Source: Octopus bimaculoides
Taxonomy: Eukaryota
Direction of reading: 5' to 3'
DNA: 64,000 nucleotides
NCBI RefSeq assembly: GCF_001194135.2
Contig: NC_068982.1
Coordinates: 102,584,105 to 102,648,104 of the forward strand
Program-made: the position numbers and the translations under genes
Notes under the pieces: model-generated
Database searches by the model: none
Told to the model about the DNA's origin: nothing
What the model saw: only the letters and a program-made list of their open reading frames with translations
In this document: positions 28,544 through 40,226 of the stretch, piece after piece
Position numbering within the stretch: position 1 is the first letter of the stretch
Layout of the letters: every line of letters begins with the position of its first letter

Positions 28544-28777
28544 TGTGTGTGTGTGTATACATAAATCTGTGTATGTTCTGTATGTGTGTGTGTCTCTGTG
28601 TCTGTACATGTACATATTACACATGAGCACAGAGGCGAACATAAATACCCATACATACGTCTTTATCATATATTTCAAAATATCTACACATTTATATGAG
28701 TATGTTTAAACCGTTTAATTAGTGTATTGTCTGCTCGTGTGCATGTGTGCGCGCGTGCGCGTGCGCGTGTGTGTGTG

Positions 28778-28810
<33 letters not shown>

Positions 28811-29621
28811 AACAGAAACACTTCCCGGAATCCGCTGTTTCTGTTAATACTTTTAATACTTCAAGCCTTATTGATGTGTTGCTCTGTAGAAAACATTATT
28901 CCATAGTAAACATTTCCGATTTATCTCCTTTCATGAAAGACCAGCGTATGACATTTTTCTACCAATAACTAGCTTTTCTACTTTCGTATCAATTTCTTTT
29001 GATCCGAATCAATATAATACATAGAGAAGACAAATTAAGAACACACTTAAGTAGACAGGTCTACTTGCATGAGGTGAACGCAAAGCAGGATTTACTGCAT
29101 GGAAATAGCGCAAAGGAATTAACATGCAATCGGCTGATGTTCATTCGCAGCTCACCCTACTTTGGTTTCGATGTGGAGATGCTTTGGAAGGTCCCAATTG
29201 GCCTTGAAAGGTATCATATATAGAATTTGTATCGGTGATGTTATAACTACTCCCATAAGTTTTTATACTGACCATTACAACCGTAAAAATAACGAATTTG
29301 AAAATTGAAATGTTGACCATTGCAACCTAAAAATCTCGAATTTGAGCTTTTCAGAATATGTTTTTAATTGAAGGCTTACCCATTTCAACGCTTGGGTTGC
29401 CACGTTAAATAACACTGCTCAAGTTCATAAAGCTACCGGACAATCAATCATGCGATTGAGATATTTCATATCCTGTGATTCTGACATCTGCTACTATTCA
29501 AAGCCAAAAATTTTAATTAGACAACCCACTTATTATTAACTATCATAAAGTATAATGATTAAACGCTAAGCAGGCGTAATAGTAAAATACTAACAAGTGT
29601 TTCGTTAGCTAACAGTAAAGA

Positions 29622-29671
29622 GTTAGTAATTATATCATGATCTCGTACTGAATCATGATATAATTACTAAC
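29622..29671. repeat. Perfect 20-bp inverted repeat with 10-bp spacer
   Basis: GTTAGTAATTATATCATGAT (29622-29641), CTCGTACTGA, ATCATGATATAATTACTAAC (29652-29671). Confidence 0.95.
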
Positions 29672-29714
29672 ATCAACTCACGCAAATTGGTAGTTTCATT
29701 ATCATCCTTGTCGT

Positions 29715-29932
29715 TAAGACGACGAGCTGGCAGAATCGTTAGCACGTCGGACAAAACGCTTAGCAGCGTTACATCTGGTTCTATACGTTCTGAGTTCGAA
29801 TTCCGCCGAGTTCGACTTTACCTTTCATCCTTTCGGAATCGACAAAAACTAGTACCGGTTGAGCACTGGAGTCGATAGGTAATCAATTTGCCCTTCCCCT
29901 AAAAATTACTGGCCTTATACCAAAATATAAAA
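29715..29932 (+). mobile_element. tRNA-derived SINE, family A
   Basis: TAAGACGACGAGCTGGCAGAATCGTTAGC...GAGTTCGAATTCCGCCGAG; homologous to 7900-8111. Confidence 0.85.
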
Positions 29933-29958
29933 CTAATTTTATCCCCGTCACATCATCG

Positions 29959-31060
29959 ATGACTGGATTTGCAGATTAAATTACCTGCTTCCATAAAATT
30001 CAATTTTCTGCTTGGGAAAACGACGGCCGAAGCAGTTGTCCTGCTTCAAACAGCTTACAAGAATTCCTCCATGAGCAAAACACAAGTTTACGAGAGGTTT
30101 TCACGCTTTAGGAATGGTCATTTTTCGTCTGAAGACCAACCTCGTTCAGGGCGACCGTCGACCTCCCGAGTGAATGAAAACATCATGAAAATTCATGAAC
30201 TGATCTTGCAGGACCGTCGCTGAACAATTGGTGAATTTGTTGATATGCCTGATGTGTCATATAGCTCCCGCCAACGAATTTAGGGCGAGGTATTGCGAAT
30301 GAAAAGGGTTGCAGCAAAAGTTGTGCCTCGATTGCTCAGGGAAGGTCAAAAGCAATCACGACTGAATGCGTCTCGTGGAACTGAAAGAACAATTAGAAGA
30401 CGATCCGGACCTTTTTCGACGGTCATCACTAGTGACAAAAGTTGGTGCTATGGCTACGAATGGAAGCATTCATTGTCACCACGCTCCCCCCCAAAAGTGT
30501 GTCAGGTGAAGTCTAATGTCAAGACGATGCTCATTTGTTTCATCGACGTGAAAGGAATTGTCCACACAGAATTTGTTCCTCCTGGTCAAACTGTTAACCA
30601 GACATTTTACTTGGCAGTTCTGAAGCATTTGTGATATGTGGTGAGACGAAAATGCCATGACCTGTGGCAAAGTGGAAAGTGGTGGTTCCATCACGACAAT
30701 GCGCCTGCACACACTGCCTTGGGCGTGAGACAGTTTTTGACCAAAAATAGCATGACCCCGCTTAGCTACTCTCCCTATTTACCCAATCTTGCTCCCTGTG
30801 ACATGTTTTTGTTCCCTCGAATGAAGAAAGTCCTTAAAGTAGAACGTTTTGTAGATGTGGAAGAGGTGAAGAAAAAAATGGCAGAGGCGTTAAAAGGCAT
30901 CACTTTACAAGAGTTCCACGACTGCTTCGAACAGCGGAAAACGCGTCTGGCCCGATGCATTTCTTCAATAGAGAATACTTTGAAGGCGATAAAAGAAGAA
31001 ACACGTAAAACTAAGTGAATATAATATTGCAAAATTCCGGTTTCTTTTGGGTACCCCCCG
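29959..31060 (+). mobile_element. Defective mariner (DD34D, irritans-like) element lacking its left TIR
   Basis: HTH IKFNFLLGKTTAEAVVLLQTAY..RSGRPST, VPRLL, ITSDKSWCYGY, HDNAPAH-(34 aa between the Asp residues)-YLPNLAPCD. Stops at 30221-30223 and 30632-30634 plus frameshifts. Right TIR TTCCGGTTTCTTTTGGGTACCCCCCG at 31035-31060. Confidence 0.92.
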
Positions 31061-31210
31061 TGTGCGCGTATATTTATACACACACACACACANNNNNNNN
31101 NNNNNNNNNNNNNNNNNNNNNNNNNNNNNNNNNNNNNNNNNNNNNNNNNNNNNNNNNNNNNNNNNNNNNNNNNNNNNNNNNNNNNNNNNNNNNNNNNNNN
31201 NNNNNNNNNN

Positions 31211-31245
<35 letters not shown>

Positions 31246-31250
31246 ACACA

Positions 31251-31285
<35 letters not shown>

Positions 31286-31439
31286 CTCATATATATATAT
31301 ATATATTTGTTGTGTGCGTGTCTATAACGTCTATAAGTATCACCTAAAGAAGAAACCGTCCTCAAATAAAGGCGTTACTCAATAAAGCTGACAGCTTTTG
31401 CAATAATACGAAGCAAGATGAAAACTAAACCAGATTCTT

Positions 31440-32123
31440 ACTCAAGCAGTGTCATCAAAGAATGAAATAATAGAAAATGCTGGTGTTGCCCACTCATTCC
31501 AATAGGATAAAATCTAACACAGGAAGAAATTTCTTTATCATACTTCAAAAACACTACGCAACCATCCATAAGTACCATACATCAAAGCTGAGGGTAAGTG
31601 GGGAAATGGTGATGTGTCTCATAATGAAAATGCTTAAACTGTTTACGAAGGTAAGTTTAGTCTTATATAGGTAGCATATAAAAAAATCTTAAGAAGGAAA
31701 ACAGCTTTAAAAGCCGTTTCCTTAATCATAAACTTATCTTCAGGAAAGAAAATCAGAGGAATGGCACATCCTTCCCTATGTATGTCTGGCACTTAAAAAC
31801 ATCATTTCGACCTCATCAGACATAGCAAGCTGAACATATATGGAACAAATCAATTCTAATTCGGCACTGTAGAGGAATATATAACAAAACTATTATATGC
31901 GTTATACAAAAGGATACACTAGCAAAATGTTGACAGGAAAATAAGTTTTACCTTGGGGATAACACCAGCGAAATATATCCTGATTGATCTAGCAGAAGCT
32001 TACAATAGTACCAACCGGAAGTTTACAACATGCCATTTTCCAGCACCTAACACCAGAGATAATTCGGGTAGCAGAGAAAACATTAATTCTTTGGTATACC
32101 ATCAGACGAACACTTCCCTGTAA
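31440..32123 (+). mobile_element. Degenerate Penelope-like element (linker plus GIY-YIG to stop)
   Basis: PTHSNRIKSNTGRNFFIILQKHY..HKYH, VYE (31641), YIG (31664-31672), RFLNHKLIFRKENQRNGTSFPMYVWHLK (31715-31798), ILIDLAEAYNSTNRKF..C, and terminal YHQTNTSL*. Confidence 0.7.
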
Positions 32124-32454
32124 AGTAATCTGAAGTAAGAGAAACGTATTCAACTTTAACAATATCATAATGTATATTTATATGTTCATATATCATTCTA
32201 TATGTATTTGAGGAAATGTGTGGGAAAATGTGTGTGAGGGTGTATGTGTTTATGTGTGGTTGTAAGCGTGTATGAACGTGTGAGTTGTTTGGAAGTTAAA
32301 TGCAATTTAAATATAATAAAACAATGCCGTTCTGCACAGTAACGATCTCCAGACAGTTCCAGAGGCAAAATTCATCTGTATGAACATTTCCCGGTTTTTT
32401 GAGGGGTTTTTTTTTACAATTTTGTTATAAATTGAATTTCCAAACACTCATGCA

Positions 32455-32492
<38 letters not shown>

Positions 32493-32641
32493 CATACAAA
32501 ACAAACGCTTACACACACAAACACACATATATATACACACATACACCATATACACGCTCACACATACACATATTCACGCAATCACACACACACATACACA
32601 CACACATATATATGTGTGTATATATATAAATAAATACATAA

Positions 32642-32710
<69 letters not shown>

Positions 32711-32797
32711 ATAACACCAACATACGCATAACACTGGAAATGATACAAAGATCAATAATTAGAAATTCTGAATGTTAGTTAGATATAAGACAACTAA

Positions 32798-32838
<41 letters not shown>

Positions 32839-32839
32839 G

Positions 32840-32879
<40 letters not shown>

Positions 32880-33965
32880 GAAACATCTGAAACATGAAAA
32901 GCTAACATCACTCCATTGCATCCCATCTACACGCCAAACTATCTGACTCCATATATATTTTCCACTCCTCTTGCGATCATCCCTTTAACGCTTTACTTCT
33001 TTACTCACAGTTTATCTAGGTAGATATATATATATATTACATCTTATTCTCTGTATGCATTGAAGCGTAACCAACTGGAACTACAGACCGGAGAAAGCAG
33101 GCTCCATCAGTATTGATAACTGAAGACATCATGTCGCTGAATACGTCAATTTGAGATATTAGGAGGAAGTAATATAAAGACGTCCTACTGAGCCAAAAAA
33201 TTCTAACATTACGTTGCCACATGGAAAGATATAAGTATTCACCTGATTTCTAATTTATTGTTGCACGTACAGATTTTTGGCAGCGTTAGATAATAATACG
33301 TACGAATAAGCATGCATACAAATACATAAGCATGTAAACATATGCGTCTGTGCGAAGGTGTGTATATGTGTATGTGTGCGTGTGTACATCTATACGCATA
33401 AAACTAAAACTACACTACGTGAAATAACTCAATTGTAGTGACCTGTGGCTTGAATTTGGACAACAGATGCAAAAAATATATATATCAAATACAATAAGCA
33501 ACAAATTCTAGATTCAATGAAGTGATCTTAGCTTCGAGAGTAAGCAAACGTCTGTTGTCATTTGCAACTAACTCCGAGTGATAAGGGGAGGTAATCTAAA
33601 AAAAATCCAGTATTCACTGGAATTGACATGCAATTAAGGTGAAAACAGTTTGTTTTTGTTTTTGTTTTTTTTTTCTCTGGCGACAAGAGGTCGGCTGTGA
33701 TCACTTGTTTCAGCACTAATAGATGCCACTGGCACAGTAGTTGGCCTACACACACACATACACAAAGATGTGTGTGTGTTTGTGTGTGTAATGGAAGCAA
33801 ACGTCTGGCGGCAATTGCGAGTGACTCCCAGTGAAAGGGGAGATAATTACAACAATCAAGAAAATTCTCGTTTTAACATGCCTTTATCCAATGTGTCTGC
33901 ATACGTTTAAAAATATAACATATGAACTGAAAGAGATTTAGTCGTTATTTTCAGCACGCCAAAAG

Positions 33966-34637
33966 AAACCTTCATGTTTAGTGTCAGTTTTGCATCCAAT
34001 TCCGTGTGGAATCTTCCTTCTATTACACTCATACAATACATTATCGTCGGTGACTATTTTACTTTTTGCTTCATTGCTCTTAGCTTTGGTTTTTCTTTCA
34101 CATGACTCTGTTATTTCTATAATGAAACGTTTTCTGCTCTCCTCTAATACCATCACGACTAAATCCAGTGGCGACCATACTGTTGGTTTAGGAATTATCC
34201 CAAGGGGCCCCATCTACACTGGAAACATTGTATCCTCATACCTCACACAACTATCAAAATACCTCATATTTTAGGCGTTTCCTTACTCAGATATGCTTTC
34301 GATTTTGGATGTCACAAGTCGGTCTACAACGCTTGAAGAAAACTGCCGTTTCTACAAACTGGGCGGCTTGTACCCAGCACTGCAACTGCTGTAGGTTGAT
34401 CATTCGAATCATGAATGATACTGCTGCGCGTCATTCAACCCGCAAGCCCTCCTGCCTCCCAAATTAAGCCGATTCTTTTGACTCCCGACCATCTAGACGA
34501 AATTCTTCTTCTCTTCACTTCTTAATCATGTTGATTCTATACGTAGTACTCCCATCAAAAACAAAACCTTCATGTTTAGTGTCAGTTTTGCATTCAGTTC
34601 CGTGTGGAATCTTCTTTCTATTACACTGATGCAATAC
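33966..34637. repeat. 74-bp direct repeat pair (33966-34039 and 34564-34637)
   Basis: AAACCTTCATGTTTAGTGTCAGTTTTGCAT...CAATAC; 5 mismatches in 74 by eye. Confidence 0.9.
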
Positions 34638-34884
34638 TCAACGGTGGTAGGTGCTAGCGTCACCAAGATCTTTAATCTGTCTCTCTTTCTGATTCTCTCT
34701 CCCCATCTCTCTCTTACCATCTCTCCCTTACCATCTCTCTCTCTATAATATCTCTCTTTCTTTCTCCGTCTCTCTCTTCCTGGGCACATACCATGATGTA
34801 CGCTACAGTGTGTTCTAGAAGAAACATTTCTTTTATCCGATCAGCTACGTTTCTGCACCATTCTCTCTCTCTCTCTCTCTCTCC

Positions 34885-34915
<31 letters not shown>

Positions 34916-35209
34916 ACTCTCTCACTCTCTCCCCCCTCTCTCTCTCTCTCTCTGTTTAATAACCTCTGGTGCAACTCAGTGTCAAATCTACTGGGAACCT
35001 ACACTTCTGTGAAACAAGCTAATGGGATACTGTCTTTGAAAATTAATTTTCTTGGAGACATTGTCATTGTCATAGACGTCAGAAAGTTTTTCGAAGAAGC
35101 GGGTCTTCCGGAAAAGTTTTCAGCCTATGGCCTTCAGTCATTTTTCGTTTCTTGGACCCAGTCTGATGATCGTCTGGAAATGAAATTCAAATAATTGAAT
35201 GTGAGATTC

Positions 35210-35900
35210 CGACTGTGGGCTCGTTCCCCTGCTCCCGCCACGCTGCCGCACTTGCCCTTACCTCTCCAACATCACCCTCCTCACCGGCACCCATCATCGA
35301 CCCTATCATATCACCGACTCTTTCACCTGCACTTCTACCAATGTCATCTACTGCATCTCCTGCTCTTTCTGCCCTTCTCTATACATCGGGCAAACTGGAC
35401 GCCACTTGGCGGACCGGTTCGCGGAACACCTCCGAGACATCCGATTCGGCGATGACACCCCGATCTCGCGCCATTTCCTCTCTACCGGTCACTCTTTGCA
35501 ACACCTATCTATGTTCGGATTGTCCTTGCACAGGGTTCATCCGGACTCCCGTTTTCGCCGTGAACAGTGATTAATCTTCTCTCTTCGCTCCTTTGCGCCA
35601 CATGGGCTCAACTCCCCTCCCCTCTTCATCTAACCCTCCTCTCCTCTCATCTCTCCCTCTCACACCTACTTCCTCCCACCCACCTCTCGTCTCTTGCTCC
35701 CACTCCTACTTCTCTTCACTCCTACTCTCCTTCTCTCTTCTCTTCACTCCTATCGACCTTTTCCCTTCCCCTCTCCCTTCATCGTTACCCCAGCCTCATC
35801 CTAACCCACACCTCATCCTTGCTTTCCCCATTCTCGCCTCCCTCACATCCCAACGCCACCACACACCACACATCCCTCTCCAGCTTTGACTGCAGTCTAT
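35210..35900 (+). mobile_element. Penelope-like element 3' end (GIY-YIG plus pyrimidine-rich 3' UTR)
   Basis: GSFPCSR/RCRTCPYLSN...TNVIYCISCSFCPSLYIGQTGRHLADRFAEHLRDI...REQ*LIFSLRSFAPHGLNSPPLFI* (stop 35631-35633). One frameshift and one premature stop. Same family as 21901-22308, opposite strand. Confidence 0.9.
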
Positions 35901-36546
35901 TTCTCCCAGAATGACAGAGAAATAAACAGATACACAGAGACAATAAAGCCGAATAAGGCTATATTAAATAACATAGAAAGTAAATTCTTGTTTTATTGAA
36001 ATCATCTCTACTTTCAGAACGAAGAGACCAACTGCTTGGCATTACCTCGAAATCAGAAGGGAATGCAATCTTAAGAACCAAGAAGATGGGCATACAAGTC
36101 AATCTTCAGACAATGAGATTGTCTTTTCGTTATGGCGTGCAAAATTTGGATAATTTCTCATTATTGAGATTACCTTCTCATTTAGAGATTCTGCCAATTG
36201 CTACTAATCGTTTGGTCAATTCTCTCTAGAAGTGGAGATGACTTTCAATAAAGCAAAACGTTTTCCTTTATATTATTTAATATGCCCTTATTTATCTATT
36301 AATATTTGTGTATTATGCATACATATATATTTTTACCTGGCTTTGTTTTCCGTGTTTTAATCGAAAATTGAGACGACACTGATGCTCCTTGTGATAAGTT
36401 TGATAATTGTTAAGAGCTTACGAAACATGAAAGCAATGGTAACCTTAATCCACAGAAAACAGAATTTTTAGCCACCAATGCGGTGTTGAGCTCTCATTCT
36501 CCCTGTTCGATATTTACGTATAAACACACATATGTGCGGGTGTATG

Positions 36547-36583
<37 letters not shown>

Positions 36584-36947
36584 GTATATATNNNNNNNNN
36601 NNNNNNNNNNNNNNNNNNNNNNNNNNNNNNNNNNNNNNNNNNNNNNNNNNNNNNNNNNNNNNNNNNNNNNNNNNNNNNNNNNNNNNNNNNNNNNNNNNNN
36701 NNNNNNNNNNNNNNNNNNNNNNNNNNNNNNNNNNNNNNNNNNNNNNNNNNNNNNNNNNNNNNNNNNNNNNNNNNNNNNNTATATATATATATATATATAT
36801 ATATGAGACAATTTATGGATTTATTATTAACAAGTTATGTGTGGACTCCAGCATTATTTCAGTTACTGTACCGCTCCTGTGACATAAAAATGTGTCTTCT
36901 ATACCATTATGTGAGTTTCTACGTGTTTCTGTGCATTTTTAGCTGTG

Positions 36948-36979
<32 letters not shown>

Positions 36980-37212
36980 CGCGCACGGATATTCACTTTA
37001 TATATGTACTTTAAAAATATTATTTACATTTCTTTTTCTTTGGTTTATATAAGATATATATGGATGCGGCGCGAAGCGATACGTGTGTCTATGATACAGC
37101 GTGGTGCTATGCGTGTGTATGTTGTATCTCTATTTGTGACTGTGAATGTATGTATGTATGAAGGTACGTTTATGCGTATGCGTCTCAGTCTGTGTGTGTG
37201 TGTGTGTGAGAA

Positions 37213-37244
<32 letters not shown>

Positions 37245-37481
37245 TGTATTGTGTATATCTATGCACGTATTCCTTCTGCTACATTGTCAAGATGCCTGTA
37301 ATTTATAGGAACGGAAAATACATACTGCATATCTATTAGGTACATAATTGAAGCGGAGCAACAAAGAATTTACAACTGATTATAGATTCGAACGAATCTC
37401 TGAGAATAAAACACCAACGCTCCAAGAGACGCCCATTTACGAATATGTGTGCGTTTGTGTTATATATATGTATATGTGATA

Positions 37482-37578
<97 letters not shown>

Positions 37579-37893
37579 ATGTATATGTTCATATATATGT
37601 ATGCATTACATATAGTTTGATAAAGAGAGAGGGGGAAAAGATAGACATGTATGCATATATGAATATGAAAACACNNNNNNNNNNNNNNNNNNNNNNNNNN
37701 NNNNNNNNNNNNNNNNNNNNNNNNNNNNNNNNNNNNNNNNNNNNNNNNNNNNNNNNNNNNNNNNNNNNNNNNNNNNNNNNNNNNNNNNNNNNNNNNNNNN
37801 NNNNNNNNNNNNNNNNNNNNNNNNNNNNNNNNNNNNNNNNNNNNNNNNNNNNNNNNNNNNNNNNNNNNNNNNNNNNNNNNNNNNNNNNNNNNN

Positions 37894-37929
<36 letters not shown>

Positions 37930-38566
37930 GTTTCTCTAGATACGTAGTCATATAAATGTTTGTGAGCAGTGCGTCTATCTGTGTGTGATTTATACGTGTA
38001 TTTGTATATGTCTGTGTATATATATATAACTATATGTTTTTATGTTTAACACTTATGTTGATATCGGAACATTGTTGTAAAATTATGTATTTTCTTGCTT
38101 GTCTACCTATTGTCCACAGTAGGTGTTTCAGAATTTTTTCTTGTTTTTTTGTTTATAATTTATCATTTGTACTAATATTGTATCTTTGATTACTAGATAC
38201 ATCTTTTGGATGCTTCTTTCTTACTTGTGAGACGAAAATATTTCTCTAGACTGAAACACAATGACAGTTATTAATAATATATATACTGCTGCGGATTTGC
38301 AACATCATAATTCGTGTTATTGTCTTTTAAATATGAGTATGTTGTAATCTTTCTGTACTTGGTCGCTAGGCCTGCTAGAAATAACCATCAAGTCTATATC
38401 AAGCCATATCTTACCATCTTAAAAATGGAAAGACACAGTCAACAATATAGTCTGAGATACCTTATGTCTGTGGGTGGTGGATAGAATTATTTCAATGGTC
38501 TTTATCATACATGAATGCAATTGTCTTTGTAGAGAAATTCGACCTTAAATGTGTTAAATCATGACT

Positions 38567-38912
38567 GTGGAGGCGCAACGGCACAGTGGTTAGGGCAGCG
38601 GACTCGTGATCATAGGATCGCGGTTTCGATTCCCAGACCGGGCGTTGTGAGTGTTTATTGAGCGAAAACACTTAAAGCTCCACGAGGCTCAGCCAGGAGA
38701 TGGTGGCGAACCCTGTTGTACTCTTTCATCACAACTTCTCTCACTCTTCCTGTTTCTGCTGTACCTGAATATTCCCGAGAACTACGTTAAGAGTACACAT
38801 GTCTGTGGAGTGCTCAGCCACTTGCACGTTAATTTCACGAGCAGGCTGTTCCGTTGATCGGATCAACTGGAACCCTCGACGTCGTAAGCGACGGAGTGCC
38901 AACAACAACAAT
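38567..38912 (+). mobile_element. tRNA-derived SINE, family B, with (AAC)n tail, TSD and a 39-bp internal deletion
   Basis: GTGGAGGCGCAACGGCACAGTGG...GGTTTCGATTCCC. TSD AATCATGA(C/T)T at 38557-38566 and 38913-38922. Lacks the segment present at 14994-15032 in the other copy. Confidence 0.9.
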
Positions 38913-39367
38913 AATCATGATTTGCTTCATAGCGCCATTATGAGTACTGAAATCCCATTTTAAACATGGAGGTTCTGAAATGATATATATGTAGAAATGA
39001 TTAGAAGTGATTCGAATGATTGGAATTGAATGTAAAATATATAAACATATAAGTTGAATGATCTTTGAGTTCAAGTTCTCATTGATTTAATTTGTATTTA
39101 TCCCTTGGGATTCGATAAGATAAACATCAATAAGGTATTGGAATAAACTGACCAATTATACTTAGCCCTCAAAATATTTGGATTATTTAGTCTAAGATAG
39201 AAGTACAGTGTCCATAATATTTGGAAGGTTACACAGTCTGGTGGTGTTAATGTACACCACCAAGGACAAGGATTTCTCAAACTGTCAACCGTAAATTTTC
39301 TTTTGGTTGTTATATTCTTGTCTTTTAGTTGTCATCATCAGCAGCAGCAGCACAGAAATAAGCAGAG

Positions 39368-39555
39368 CAGTTCATTATTTACATTATTTACATTTGACAG
39401 ATGTTTGTCCTCATCTTGTTTGTTGTTAACACAACGTTTCGGCTGATATACCCTCCAGCCTTCATCAGGTGTCTTGGGGAAATTTCGAACCTGGGTCCTC
39501 ATTCCTAAGGTATTTTTCGATTTTTATTATTATCATTATTATTATCATCATTATC

Positions 39556-39595
<40 letters not shown>

Positions 39596-39667
39596 TCACT
39601 GCTTGAAATCGAACTCGGAATCTTGGGGTTAGTAGCCCGCGCTATAAACCACTACGCCATATGCCCG
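39368..39667 (-). mobile_element. tRNA-headed SINE-like element (family E) with internal (TAA/TGA)n tract and a 3' hammerhead motif
   Basis: Minus strand: A box TGGCGTAGTGG (39659-39649), anticodon-arm-like GGG-CTACTAA-CCC, B box GAGTTCGATTTC (39616-39605), (AAT/GAT)n spacer, HHR at 39473-39428, AT-rich 3' end. A second copy of the 3' part is at 40227-40407. Confidence 0.85.
39428..39473 (-). ncRNA. Intact-core minimal type-I hammerhead ribozyme motif
   Basis: GACAC-CTGATGA-A-GGCTG(GAGGGTATAT)CAGCC-GAAA-CG-TT-GTGTT. Stem I is 5 bp (one G-U), stem II is 5 bp, stem III is the palindrome ACGT, and the cleavage triplet is GUU. Predicted cut between 39433 and 39432. Confidence 0.85.
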
Positions 39668-39795
39668 TGGGCTTTAATTTCAGAGTTAACCATCTCCTAG
39701 ATTAGTTGTCTTTACCAGGCGGTAGAATCCAGTCTGCCCTATGAGATTACTAAAAGTGTCGGCTTTGTAAGAAGACTGTGTGTCTGTGTGGTGTA

Positions 39796-39838
<43 letters not shown>

Positions 39839-40226
39839 NNNNNNNNNNNNNNNNNNNNNNNNNNNNNNNNNNNNNNNNNNNNNNNNNNNNNNNNNNNNNN
39901 NNNNNNNNNNNNNNNNNNNNNNNNNNNNNNNNNNNNNNNNNNNNNNNNNNNNNNNNNNNNNNNNNNNNNNNNNNNNNNNNNNNNNNNNNNNNNNNNNNNN
40001 NNNNNNNNNNNNNNNNNNNNNNNNNNNNNNNNNNNNNNNNNNNNNNNNNNNNNNNNNNNNNNNNNNNNNNNNNNNNNNNNNNNNNNNNNNNNNNNNNNNN
40101 NNNNNNNNNNNNNNNNNNNNNNNNNNNNNNNNNNNNNNNNNNNNNNNNNNNNNNNNNNNNNNNNNNNNNNNNNNNNNNNNNNNNNNNNNNNNNNNNNNNN
40201 NNNNNNNNNNNNNNNNNNNNNNNNNN

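Noticed and set aside
31803-31822. Minus-strand CTGATGA-GGTC-GAAA hammerhead-like core
   Set aside because: Essentially no stem II, no valid UH site in register with a stem I, and it lies antisense within a PLE GIY-YIG coding relic.
32126-32152. CTGAAGT-AAGA-GAAACGTA just after the PLE stop codon
   Set aside because: The position is suggestive of a pLTR ribozyme remnant, but the core is broken and stems I and II are absent.
35163-35181. CTGATGA...GAAA on the plus strand
   Set aside because: The intervening TCGTCTG cannot form stem II and no stem I is present.
34950-35194. ORF tail DVRKFFEEAGLPEKFSAYGLQS..W, like a mariner C-terminus
   Set aside because: No YSPDL or catalytic motif and no TIR; similarity too low.
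37290-37450. Short unique stretch with AG/GT sites that could be an exon
   Set aside because: Frames from the candidate acceptors hit stops, there is no recognisable protein, and no partner exons are visible.
39595-39667. Possible tRNA gene (anticodon-loop-like CT-ACT-AA)
   Set aside because: The acceptor stem does not pair and it runs into a repeated non-tRNA body; it is a SINE head. The same applies to the other tRNA-like heads.
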